NCBI GenBank assembly: GCA_012295275.1
Contig: CM022666.1
Span: forward strand, 10,602,001 to 10,666,000
DNA length: 64,000 bases
Reading direction: 5' to 3'
Source of the DNA: Chrysomallon squamiferum
Lineage: Eukaryota; Animalia; Mollusca
Part shown: one piece after another, positions 13,717-26,260 of the stretch
Layout: each line of letters begins with the position of its first letter
How positions within the stretch are numbered: the first letter of the stretch is position 1
Program-made: the position numbers and the translations under genes
The notes under the pieces: model-generated
Database searches by the model: none
Seen by the model: only the letters and a program-made list of their open reading frames with translations
Told to the model about the DNA's origin: nothing

Positions 13717-13845
13717 TTTCTTACAGTAGACAAGTTGGTGATCAAATAAAAAGAAGTATCTTTCTTGTGACCAGCCATTTGAGTTGACCTTTATAAGGTC
13801 ACCAGAATAAATTAACTCTGAGCTAACCTCCAGGATGTCTGGACC
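13717..13845 (-). CDS. ARHGEF4: PH domain exon 1
   Basis: GPDILEVSSELIYSGDL...QERYFFLFDHQLVYCKK; 129 nt; donor AAA|GTAAGT. Confidence 0.95.
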
Positions 13846-14195
13846 CTGAATTTTTTAAAATAAAAACAACCATTATAATGTTAGTATTTATAACAAAACA
13901 AAATCATGAAATACAATACCACTTTATATTTTTTCTCAAAGTTAACTTCATTTCACAAGAATAGTTTTATATATATATAGATACCTAATAAAAAAAATTT
14001 AAATTCAAGCTTCTTAAACTGGGAATAAAACTACCAAAAATTACCAAAAATCCCATAAGAAAATATAGTTGCAGTTAAATGACATTTTGTGATAAAAACC
14101 AATAAGTAAATGACACTGAAATATATCAAGAAGCACTGTTTTCACTCATCAGTTTCTAAGAGGAAGGAAACAGAAAAGTATTATAAATATAATAC

Positions 14196-14453
14196 CTCCC
14201 AGTCCACTACTGTTGACTGCCAGACAGCCATTTTCTCTATACTCTCCATCTTACGTTTGCGTTCATTGATAAGCAGTGCAATATTCTTCATTGCATCAAC
14301 TGCATCCTTCACCTGTACATAGTCAGGGTGGTCCTGTGGGGTGTATTTCAGCAGCTCAGCTAACTGCAGATGATATTTGCAGATTTTCTGTACAGGAGTG
14401 AGGAGGAAGCCCTCCAGTGGGATTTCCATCATGTCCTGTAGCAGACGACATGC
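14196..14453 (-). CDS. ARHGEF4: DH domain C-terminal exon
   Basis: [38 protein letters not shown]...[26 protein letters not shown]; 258 nt. Confidence 0.96.
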
Positions 14454-14955
14454 CTGCAAGAAATAATACATTTTAAGTGAACTTTCTGTCAGCTCAAAGT
14501 AAATTATCTGTGTCATTTATATGTTAAAACAAACTAATCTACCTAAATGGATTGTTCTTAAATTCAAAATAACACATATAAAAGTGTTGAGTGATAATAT
14601 TTGTATATATACAAAAATTTAAATACAATTTAAATAAATATAAAATTAACTAAAGGAGAAAACCTGATAACAAAATATTTGAGTGAATTGTAGATACCAC
14701 AAAATAATAATAACTTTATTAGTAACAGTAATAAAAACAAATATATATTCAGTTTTTATGTGAGTTTATTAAAATATGGAGACCACTAACCAAGTTAGAA
14801 AAAAGTAATAATCAAAAACAAAACAACTAAAAATAAAAATAAATAAATTAAGAATTGGTAATAACAAGAGCATGATATATATGACAAAATAAGTATATCT
14901 TATGTAAGTTTATCACATCAAAATGTATTTAAAAAGTATTTTACGCTGAACTAAC

Positions 14956-15060
14956 TTCAAAAAAATGTTTGAATTTCTTCACTCTGTACAGCTCCTTCAG
15001 CTCATCACCAGCTCCTGGGTGATTATTACAATAATCTGAGTAGATTTCAAATCCTTTACT
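14956..15060 (-). CDS. ARHGEF4: DH domain exon
   Basis: SKGFEIYSDYCNNHPGAGDELKELYRVKKFKHFFE; 105 nt, phase 0-0; donor GAA|GTTAGT. Confidence 0.95.
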
Positions 15061-15367
15061 CTGTAACATAATAAAACAACACTTCATGAGACTGATTGAC
15101 AAGCATACAACACTCATACAGTGAATAATTTATATAGAAATTGGAATAGTAAAATAGTTTTTACAGAATTACAGTGTGACACATGGGTAGATAAACAGAA
15201 AGAGAGAAACTGGATAAATATTACAGGAATCAGAATAAATTTCAGTTTTATGGTCAAATAATATGTACATCATTACATGTAACAGTGGACAGCCACACAA
15301 ACAGAAAACACTGACTTATTTTAATGAGTAGCACCCACAAGTATAAGAAAGAACTAACAGTAGTGAG

Positions 15368-15703
15368 AGGAAACAGTCTCACTACAGTCAGATATACTTA
15401 CATGTATAAGGAAACAGTCTCACTACAGTTAGATATACTTACATGTATAAGGAAACAGTCTCACTATAGTTAGATATACTTACATGTATAAGGAAACAGT
15501 CTCACTATAGTTAGATATACTTACATGTATAAGGAAACAGTCTCACTATAGTCAGATATACTTACATGTATAAGGAAACAGTCTCACTATAGTCAGATAT
15601 ACTTACATGTATAAGGAAACAGTCTCACTATAGTTAGATATACTTACATGTATAAGGAAACAGTCTCACTATAGTTAGATATACTTACATGTATAAGGAA
15701 ACA
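15368..15703. repeat. 41-bp minisatellite, about 8.2 copies, spanning an exon/intron junction
   Basis: Unit tacttacatgtataaggaaacagtctcactatagttagata recurs at 15395, 15436, 15477, 15518, 15559, 15600, 15641 and 15682. Confidence 0.97.
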
Positions 15704-15868
15704 CTGTCCAATCTCACTGGTATGCGGTGCATCCTGATTGATGTGTTTTTCTAGGTGAGTGAGGAATCGATTGGCAAAGGTGTAGATTTCTTCAATGTTT
15801 CCAAATATAATTGATATTCTTGCTTCTGGAAACATTTCAGGTCTTTTTCTTACTTGTTTCAAGTAACC
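15689..15868 (-). CDS. ARHGEF4: DH domain exon
   Basis: GYLKQVRKRPEMF...IFGNIEEIY...SEIGQCFLIH; 180 nt; donor CAT|GTAAGT. Confidence 0.95.
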
Positions 15869-16223
15869 CTGGCATTTTAAGAAGAAGAATAAAAATAAAT
15901 AAAAATAATGAAAAGAAATTCATTTTTATTTTAATCTGTAATATACAAAATAGAGAATATTTTGGTATTTTCTACATAATTATTTTTACATAACAATTTT
16001 TGCTATAGTAATGAACATTGAGAGAGAGACAGAGAGATATCAAAACAGAGAGGAAAGTGGAGTTACAATGCAAAAATGTGAAAAAAAAAAAAAAGACAGT
16101 TGAAGAAAATGATATTTATAATGTGTATGTACCCCTGTGTGTATGCATATATATGAATTTCTGAAGTGGAAGACGTATTAAATCAACAAGAAGAATTATT
16201 AGGTAAAACTAAAAATATCTCAC

Positions 16224-16400
16224 CTCCACCACATCTCTCAGGTGTTTTACATAATCACGTTCTGCCTGAATAATTTCATTGATGACATTTGTTCGACCCT
16301 GAGTTTTGTCGATAAAAGTTGACTGGGGATGCATTTTCTTCTCAGTGTCCTCGTGACTGGACAGAAAGTCTTCCTCAAAGTCACACTGGTTCACCCTCAT
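16224..16400 (-). CDS. ARHGEF4: SH3-DH linker and start of the DH domain
   Basis: MRVNQ...RTNVINEIIQAERDYVKHLRDVVE; 177 nt, phase 0-0; donor GAG|GTGAGA. Confidence 0.95.
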
Positions 16401-17321
16401 CTGTGTCACATTAAAAAACAAACCAAACTCTTCACCATCACTATTTGAACATAACATTTACAAAACAGATCATGTTTTTCTGAATATTATATCCAGGTAT
16501 TTCCTTAAAATTATACTTTAAATGTAATCTTCTTTATCAACATATAATTATTTTTACAATAAGCATCTATAAATATGTAATTAAATTTTAGAATAATATT
16601 ATCTGCTTGCTTCTCGTGTAATTGTATAAAAAAATCAAAAATTTGTCAGTATATTCTATCTGTTTCCACTGTCAGCAATACAATATCTGCTGCATCATAA
16701 TTACTTATCAGTTTTAAATGATGGACAACTTAGCCACACCTACTTTACATAACTGACCAATGCCAGTCATAAGCACTGTCATTGGTATTGTTGTATCATT
16801 TATAGTATGTTATACTCTTGAAGTGAAATAAGAACATCAATTTTCAGCAATAGTAATTTGCGTGTTATCTAACAGAAATGAAATCTGCACAATGTTTTAG
16901 CTTTTAGGCTTATGTGTGATGAAAAATTTACAGTACATTTACATTGTGAGTGAACAGCAGGTTTGAGGAAAAACTCTGTGAACTCTTTACTGAGTGACAA
17001 TTGTCAGCTCTGTGAGATACAGCAGTATAAACAAATATTTCAGTAAAACTTAATGTCTAAATATTTTTTTTATTGCAATAAACAAGAGTAGTGGTTAACT
17101 TATAAATGCCAATATTACAGTTTCATATTTTAGTACTGATTATTTATTTCAAGACAATAAGTTATTTTATTGAAAATGCTATTACATTATTCCATGAAAC
17201 AAAACACTTAAGTAAGATTAGAAAATTTCTACTTTAATACTGACAATGAAATTGAGTTAATAATAACTCAAAAATATTAATAATAAAAGTTTTAGAAGGT
17301 AGATATCAGTATCTGACTCAC

Positions 17322-17498
17322 CCGAACAAAAGCTGCAGGAAACCAGCCCTGGTTGTGGTCAACAACCCCGTACCACCAGTCCTTGTCCTCCAGATCCATC
17401 ACCCGAATAACATCACCAGCACGGAACCCCAGTTCATCAGGGTCCATGGTAACATGGTCCCACAATGCCTCAGCATATATTGTATCCTCTTCAATTCG
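17322..17498 (-). CDS. ARHGEF4: SH3 domain exon
   Basis: Translates to [59 protein letters not shown]; 177 nt, phase 0-0; donor CGG|GTGAGT. Not in the ORF track. Confidence 0.95.
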
Positions 17499-18270
17499 CT
17501 GAAATTAAAAACAAAATAATTTTGCGTCTTTTCAGTTTTAATTTCTAGGATTTATTTATGAGATTGTGGAAAGCAAACCTTTTTGTAATTTTAACTATCA
17601 AAGGTTTATGTAAATATGAAAAGTAAACCACAATGTTTGTTCCTGGGTTTTACAAATACATTTTTAATTGCCAACAAGTATGATCTAAAAATACTATTAT
17701 TTAATTTTAAATTATTATTATTTTTAATACGGTTAAAAAAACCCTGAAATTAGCAAAAATATACCTTAATACAAGTTACTGATTTTAAAATATTTTTATC
17801 ATCTTTTCATGTTTGGGAACAACCATATTTAATAACAGTCATTTACAAAATACAAAATTTATTGTCATTTACAATTGGTTCAGAAATACAATTATCAAAT
17901 ATAACTTCACATTTCATAATTATTATATAACTTAAGTTCTATTCTTAACCATATTATATTTTAAAGATCAGTTAAAAAATGTATCATTGATTATTTTAAT
18001 ATTTTATACTATCTATGATATATTATTTAGAAATTACCACTGATTTTGTTTGGTAGAGCGATAAAAGTGAGAAAGCAATGATGACACCATGGTTGATACA
18101 CCACAGTAAATGGTGGCTCCAGTAATTAGTAATGTTGGTAAAAAATAAAAATATTTCCCCATCTGCCATTGGTAGAGAGGCAGACTTTAACCCTGTGATG
18201 GTCATGTTTGATTTTTCAGTTACTGACAGTGACTCTATACAAATGTCTAAATGTAACAATGAACTCTGAC

Positions 18271-18416
18271 CTCATCCAGAGTTGCTAGTGCCACCTGGGA
18301 AGATCTTGTACTCTGGCTCTTCTCATGTAGTGAGTTCAAGTCCATGGACAGGTCCGATTCCTCTGATGAATCATCTCCACTTCGATGACTTGAAATCAGA
18401 CTCAGTGAATCAGACC
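18271..18416 (-). CDS. ARHGEF4: Coding exon (acidic/Ser-rich linker before the SH3 domain)
   Basis: Acceptor TTGTTGTCAG, donor GAG|GTCAGA; 146 nt, phase 1-0. Confidence 0.87.
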
Positions 18417-18905
18417 CTGACAACAACAAACACGACACTGTCTAAATCAGCACCTCTTTAATGCAAGCATGTTTATTTCTTTAATTCAGGAAGAGAAAAT
18501 AAAGACAACAACAATCTTTTCACTGTCAAAAATGCAAATTGCAAATTATAAAATAATTTAAAATAATTTCTGATGGTATTAAACACAACTTGCTTATATG
18601 GTGAAAAAAATAAATAATTATACTATTTCCAAATAATAAAATCTCAGAAAACAGTGGTCTTTTAACTCTCAAATTTCAATTTCCTCAAAGTCATGAAGAT
18701 ATGCTTTCTTTATATAAAATATTCTTTATTTAAAAGTAAAGTCAGTTTAGTACAAAACAGCATTCATTTCAGTAATAATGAAAATAATAGAACAAAAACA
18801 TATTTCTGTATAACTGAATTATAGATGAACCAAAAAATGAAAAATAAATAAATATTTACCTATCAATATCCAAAAATAATATAAATAAACAAATAAAGTG
18901 TTTAC

Positions 18906-19047
18906 CTATTAATGACAGAAATGTTTTCTTTCGGTGTAGTTTATCCAGGTTGTCTGGCATGCTGTGCGAATGAACTAGATTTCCCTGAGATCCATCATTC
19001 TTGAAGCCTGATTGAGTCCTCGACTTTATAGGGTGTGGAGTGGACAT
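18906..19047 (-). CDS. ARHGEF4: Coding exon MSTPHPIKSR...KKTFLSLIG
   Basis: Acceptor TTATTTCAG|ATG, donor G|GTAAAC; 142 nt, phase 0-1. Confidence 0.88.
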
Positions 19048-19336
19048 CTGAAATAATACATTCTGGAAGTTCACAAATGAGCCTGCTAACAATAATAATA
19101 ATAATAATAAAAACAACAACAACAACAACAACCACAACAACAACAACAACAACAAGAATGAGTATACTGTGACTTTAAAATAACGAATAAATGAATGTTA
19201 TTAAATGTTAACAGAATTTCTGCAGTGAGAAAATAAAGAGGAAAATTGTTATCACAGTTAGCAGCACCTTATTTTATACACAACTTCCAATAACAACAAC
19301 AATGAATAAATAAATAAATAAACTAAAAATAAACAC

Positions 19337-19456
19337 CAGTCGATTAGTTCTAGGTTTTTGTTCAGGTTGTGGTAATTGCAGAGAATTCTGCAGTGACATC
19401 ACAAGATCAGATAGACTCATCACTGGCACCAGTTCCAACATCGGTGACGACATCAT
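19337..19456 (-). CDS. ARHGEF4: Candidate alternative first exon MMSSPMLELVPVMSLSDLVMSLQNSLQLPQPEQKPRTNRL
   Basis: GC-richer 40-codon ORF ending at a phase-0 donor CTG|GTGTTT (weak), compatible with the acceptor at 19047. Confidence 0.4.
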
Positions 19457-21571
19457 CGTCTGTCTTTTAGCTCATATAAGTATGTATCCCCAAATCATTC
19501 ACAATTTTTCATTAATATGTCATCAGGAGTTATCTTCCTTTAAACAAAATACTCTACATGTCATTACCATGGCAACACGATATCAGAACAAATGACACAA
19601 GAGTTCAGTGCTTATTTCCTTCTACTCTATTACCACCTTCTTAATGTATTAAACAATGTACTTCCTTGTTACTGGTGCAGTGAAGAAGTTAACAGTTTCT
19701 TTTTATAACATATGTACATTATTACAGCTTATATCCTGGTGTCATCTACTTGTATATTTATAGTACTATTATCTAATATTTCAACACAATAAATATATCA
19801 GTTTCATATTCTGTAGCTTATATTATTTACAAAACATTATCTTATAATCTTGAAATGGAACACTAATATGAAGTTTAAATAAACATTTGTGTAACCATAG
19901 TAATAGATTATTTTACTGACATGAAGATCCATTTCTTTTCATTAACTGAAAAATATAATTTATATATCCAGAAAAATAAGTATTCCTGTTTTCATGATTT
20001 GTCTTCAGACAGAAGTACAAGAAATGAAAATGTATTTCAGGGGCCATTCACAACACCGTGATTCTGATTAAACAAAAATATGGCTGCATCCAGCAAAACA
20101 AAACACAGTAAACTCATTACAGTTTTCTCCTTAAGACACATGGTAACAGCACACAGACATTTTTCTTGAATAAACACAAAATATTCCAGTTTTCTTCTTT
20201 AAACCCCCATAAAACAAATAAAGTCCAGTTTTCTCTCTATTAAAATCAAGTTTAAAATATGTCTTTTAAAATTATATAGATGTCTCAAAATATAAAAAAC
20301 ACTGCAGTTAAAATGAAAATACTGTGTATTAATACTCATGGTTGAATTCAATCAACTGACTGTGATAAACAAGTGAGAACTATTCAGTCTATTTATGGGT
20401 TATTGCAACAAACTGTATTTTACTGAATGCACACAGTCTTTACAGAGATAATGTTTAGCTTTTTAACTGACAACACATATACATTACAAAATATGGAAAT
20501 AATATATATATAATTTTTTTTTTTTTAGTTTGATATTTCTTCAGATAAGGGCATTCAGGGAACTAGTAACACTGGACAACTATTATGTAAGAGCATTATA
20601 TTGTAACAACTAAAATACACCAGCTAAAAATATTTTTAAAAAACTTACTGAGATTATTTTTCATTGTATTTGATTGTGACAAAACTTCAGAATATATGTT
20701 TTATAAATGTTAAAAATAAGTTAAAACTTCATAACTGCTTCAGACGTCAGAGTTTTGTACCCTTGAACTTGATGAGAGACAGTGAAGTATGGACACTTCT
20801 GATTATCAGACTTTATTCAAGAGGAAATAAAAGTACTAATCAGCTAACAATGTCTGCAGCAATTAATTAAAAACTGAATGCCACTTAATTTGGGCAATTT
20901 GAAATTATGGGATTTATATAATTAGGTAATGAAAGTGTGACAGGCTTAATGGACACAAGTAGTGTTACTTTCAACCTATGTGCCATGGTGATTTAAGAGA
21001 TAATCCAGGATTAGCAGAAAGGGAACGTGCATAGATAGAGTGACCAAGTAAGTGATATAAATTAATGTCTGTCACCAAACCACCTGAATTAATTAATCAG
21101 TTTGTGTCAATATGCAGATTTACACAAAATCAAGATGATTGAATAAAAAAGAGGAAGAACAATGAATGCAACATTTATTAGTATTTTATGGGAGACACAC
21201 CCATGTTGCTATGCTCCACTCAGGCTATCTAATCTTCAACACATTAGTTTAACACTTATTCAGGAATTTAAAAATCCAGCAGAAAACCTTAAAGTAGCTC
21301 ATGTTCAGTTGTTGTTCATGGTCACTTTTATAAAGTGAGAATATTTTTTTTTGTTTTTTACTTTATAAAATTAAAATTTTTATTTAACATTTTTATTACT
21401 ATTCATTTACCTTTTTCCTTTTAAAATTTAGGTTTTATTTTTCACATTTTCTGTACTGAATTTTAAGTTATAACGCCTTTGATTTCTTTTTACTTGGGAA
21501 GTTGAATTTAATTTTTATAAAGCTAATGCATTTTTGTTTTACCAATTTTAATTTGTAAGAATGTGTCTCAC

Positions 21572-21744
21572 CCGCCGTGACACCTTGCTCTGAGTGCCAC
21601 TTCCGTCGTCGCGCGTACGATGCCGCATGTCAACAATGCTGCGAAGAGAGTCTGACAGTCTCAGACTTCGTAAAGATTCACTTAGACGCAGATTACCTGA
21701 ACTTCCAAACACCTTCATCGCCTGAGATAACAGCAAACTTCCAC
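21572..21744 (-). CDS. ARHGEF4: Coding exon GGSLLLSQAMK...SKVSRR
   Basis: Acceptor TTATTACAG|GT, donor CGG|GTGAGA; 173 nt, phase 1-0; CpG-rich island within an AT-rich intron. Confidence 0.88.
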
Positions 21745-22189
21745 CTGTAATAAATAAATGAATGAATGAACAAACAAATAAAATAAATAAATAAATAGTT
21801 AACTGACTGGTGAATATAGAAAAAAGAATGAATAAAAGAATTTATATATTTTATAAATACAAAACAAAAATACTGAAATAATTATATAAGCAGAATAATA
21901 ATAATAATAATTAATAAAAAGTTTAAAAAAATAATAATAATAAAATTAAAACCCCCATAAACATAGTTATTATCATCCATTTATAAACAACATTATCTGA
22001 CCTCTACCTCAAAGCAGTGGTTGCAGATAAATTTATATATATAAAAAATATCTAGACATAATATATAAAATATAATTAATACAAAGACCACTAAAACCAA
22101 TGTACAATACACAACATTGCTTTGTAACAACATTTCTGCCATATCCCCTTATATGCACAGTGCTTTGAGTTTATTAACAACTAGTCTGT

Positions 22190-22625
22190 GTTAAACCTGT
22201 GTGTTTATTTACAACTATTCCATCTTAAGCCTATGTTTGTATTTTACACCTCTTCTGTCTTAAACCTATATTCATATTTACAACTATTCTATATTAAATC
22301 AATGTATTTATTTACAACTATTCAACTCTAAACCTATGTGTTTACAACTGTTCTACTCTAAACCTATGTGTTTATTTACAACTGTTCTACTCTAAACCTA
22401 TGTGTTTACAACTATTCTACTCTAAACCTATGTGTTTATTTACAACTGTTCTACTCTAAACCTATGTGTTTATTTACAACTATTCTACCTTAAACCTATA
22501 TATTTAATTACAACTGTTCTATCTGAAACCTATGTATGTATTTACAACTATTCTGACTTAAACCTAATTTTTATATAAAACTTAAACGATGTATGTATAT
22601 ACAACTATTCTATCAGAAACCGTGT
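22190..22625. repeat. Degenerate minisatellite, unit about 29-33 bp
   Basis: Unit tttacaactattctactctaaacctatgtgttta repeated about 13 times with divergent edges. Confidence 0.9.
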
Positions 22626-24481
22626 AAACATTTGAACAATTTTAACCATGCTATTTCCTAGTAGGAGATGGCTCTAGTCCAAACACTGATGATAAAATGA
22701 ATGTTTAAAGCTCTGGGCAACACAACTATCTGACAGAGAGTTGATTAAGAAACACTTGTTAAAAAACATCAACACCAAAGATAAGCAATAAGATATTAAA
22801 ATGTCCTCAAGCTATCTCACATCCTGGAATTATTTCCATGACTGATAACACTGATAAACAGCCCATGCAGCCCCTCTAACTAAAACCCATATGACCTTAC
22901 TAATTTAAATTAATATAACCACACACTCTGGTTATGTTATATTTCCAGTTATTCTTTGAACACAGTGATCTCTACATACACACTTTTATACTCTCTTTTT
23001 ACACATAATGCCTGGTTTGCGTCATGTAAGTGAACAATATCATGTTATCTTATTATGTGAGTCTACATATGCAAAACATGTCTTATTTCACTTTCAGAAA
23101 ACCAGATGAAATGAACAGTGTCCACTAACTTTGTAAAACAATGTAGTACTCAGAACACAGAAACAAATAGTATCTTAGTAATACATTATAAACTAATGTA
23201 GATCTTTGTAGTAAGAGATTGACAGACTGTACTCATTGTAAAAACCTCTAATACTTCGTACTGAAGAAATGAACTGTTTCTAAGTATAACAGTAAAGTAT
23301 TCAGTATTGAGTGTATGTTAAAAATATGTTGATGATATAGATTATACATTCCACTCAGACAGCTGTGTGATTACTGTCAAACAATCTGGTATTGTCTGTT
23401 AAACAGTATGTCTCTTTACTGTTAAACCACAAAATTTATTTATGTATTAAGTGGAGAGTCAAACTTACTGACTGAATGATATGTCTGTTTAATAAAAGCT
23501 CTATATTTTGTCATTAAATGTTAACTATAATAGATAAACCCCCCTGTCCATATTATCTTTTATTATTATTATTAAAAGGAATGAATCTTTTATGTGCACT
23601 TCTCATAAACAGATGTTGAAATGACATCCTGATATTTATTACAAAACAGTGTGCTGTACTTACAAAGTAAAAAACGAATGTGAAATATGAATATTAATTT
23701 TATTACATTTCAGCAGTATATCTTTGCTGGAATAACTAAAATGTGGATACTATTGCTATTTAATAAAGAATAACCATTTAAAAATATTTTATAAATATAT
23801 CAACAACTGTAAATATCCTCTAGTTTGAATTTGATTAAACTAAGAGTGTACTACCAAGTTAAATACTGTTTCTGAGATACATTTTTTGGATTATTCTGTA
23901 TACTGCAGCTATTACATAATTAGTGCATAATTAATTTTATGTATTAGATACAGTGAAGTGCTGCAATGAATGAATTAAATAAATGTTTGCATCTTTCAAA
24001 GTATACATCAACTGAACTATATTTATTGTTTACTCTTAAACCTGCAGACACACACTAACATATATTTGCACATGCTTTCACTGTATATATACTAGTACAA
24101 ACATGCATAGACACCATGCTCATACACACATATGTACATGCATCCATTAACATACAACTCAATGAGACTGATGTAAATAACTGCTGGTGATAAATAATTC
24201 ATTCTGACGTCCCAAAATTATGTACACTGCTGAACTGGTTTAAAAATAACCACACTACTAAAGTACATTATATACATTTGTACATTATTGCTGTTTACAT
24301 AGTTATTTCATTTTCATCTGTCTTTTCTGGTTTAAACTGAGATGTTTCTAATAACAGTTATAGGGAAATCTGGATAGCTCTTTAAATCCCACATCTAAGC
24401 AATGTATAATTATACATGTTACTGATTCTAAATATTTTTTTATTAAATAACATACAGTTTGTATGTAAACTTGTTTCAAAC

Positions 24482-24578
24482 CTTGGTTACTTTGAATGAA
24501 TAGGTCATCAACAGAATGTGAGTGACCTTTAGTGTCAGTGATGACTACAGTGACTGTTTTAGTTGTGTCTTCATCCAT
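24482..24578 (-). CDS. ARHGEF4: Candidate alternative first exon MDEDTTKTVTVVITDTKGHSHSVDDLFIQSNQG
   Basis: ATG with upstream in-frame TGA; donor CAAG|GTTTGA is phase 1, matching the phase-1 acceptor at 21744. Confidence 0.45.
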
Positions 24579-26260
24579 CTCTCCATCTCAGTAGACCATA
24601 TTGATATAACTAAATGTGGTGCTTCACTATAATCAAGTTTCACAATACAATCCAGTGTTTCAGTAAAATCCAGTCTGTTTCACTACACAACTGAAAGTGT
24701 ATCAAAACAATCCATTCTGTTTTGACTGTAATCCAGTATGTTCATTGAAATCCTGTTTGTTACGAAATCCATGTCTTAGAGTACAATCAAGATAGTAACA
24801 CAATACAATCCAGTTAATAATTCAATTCATGATTTTAATTTTCCATATGCTGCTTCACAAATATCCATTGTAATCATTATTTTAATATAACAACTTTCAT
24901 TTTTCATTAATCCATTTTCATAATCTTACAAACATAAATAATCCAGTGTACTCAAGACACTTAAAATCCATATATTATTTACTCAAAATCAATAAATTAT
25001 TTACACAGACACTCAAAACCCACATTTTCATTTGACTCTTTAACCTGAAATGTCTTCTAGGCAAATCCAGTGTGTAATCTGTATCACTGTTTAACATCAT
25101 TGTACTGCTGCATTTTAAATTAATTTCCCTCTCAAAATCCTGAATCTCACACAGGATAACTTCCTTCCTTGAAGAAGCTGAACTGAAGTTCTCAGTGATA
25201 ATAAAATCTGTTATTTTTAGTTTTGTGATGAGGCAGTGACAATGTGTGTTTAGCACTTGTCTGAAGATCAACACTATATACACCTTTCTGCATACCTCCA
25301 AACACTCAGCATAATCCTGTTCAGAACCTCTGCTGTAATTCACATAAATCATATAATCTTTTTGTTATTAAACATGTCCATCTGTCCATCTATCCATTTG
25401 TTTGTTTTCTCCATTTTATTTCTTTGCTGTAAATTCTTAGTTCAAATAAATATACTTTGATTTCTTCATTCTCTTACACTTTTGTCCTACTATTTTGTTG
25501 TTGTGAAACTAAAAATGTTTTTCATGACAATATTTAAACTCAGTTACAGATGAATGCACTGAAGCTTGTCTGTCAGCACAGTGTGATGTAACCTTGTTTT
25601 GTTTGGCTGACACTCTGTCCTTGTGTTCAAAACACAATGTCATATAAACAGTAAACAGCCAACAGCAGCCTAGGACACCATTTTCCCCATGTATATATAT
25701 TAATGAACGAATATCTACTGTAGTTATGAATAATTATTTACTAATAAAAACAACAACAACAACAACAAAAACTAAACAGCTCAGTTTCATTATAGAAAAG
25801 ATTGATATCACTATTATAATTAATGTTATTACTATTTTACAAAAATACAGCTCCACACTTCAGTTTCAGTAAACTGGGTTATAATTAATATTATTTAAAA
25901 TAATTTACAGTTTAAATCAAGGCAAAGCAGCAATATTTCTGATTGAGCTGTTATCTGTTATAATTGATATAATTAAGAATAATTAACCAGATACGCTAAA
26001 TCCACTGAAAATAGACATCTGTGAAATTATAAAACATTTTAAAAGATGAAACTGACAAGGTCAGCATTATCAAATATGCTGTTACATAACAGCTTGTGTT
26101 TGAATTAGTATGTGAAATAATGTAAACTGCTTCCACCATGTATATTTATATACAGATACTATTCATCTGCACATTTAACATTTTCAATATTATATCATCT
26201 GCATCCAGTCTGTATACATATAATACAGCATTGACAGTCACCTCTACAATGTTATTTTAC

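Noticed and set aside
19048-19155. Apparent poly-Leu signal peptide at the start of ORF 18856..19155
   Set aside because: Encoded by intronic (TTG/TTA)n repeats upstream of the true acceptor at 19047; the start codon is not ATG.
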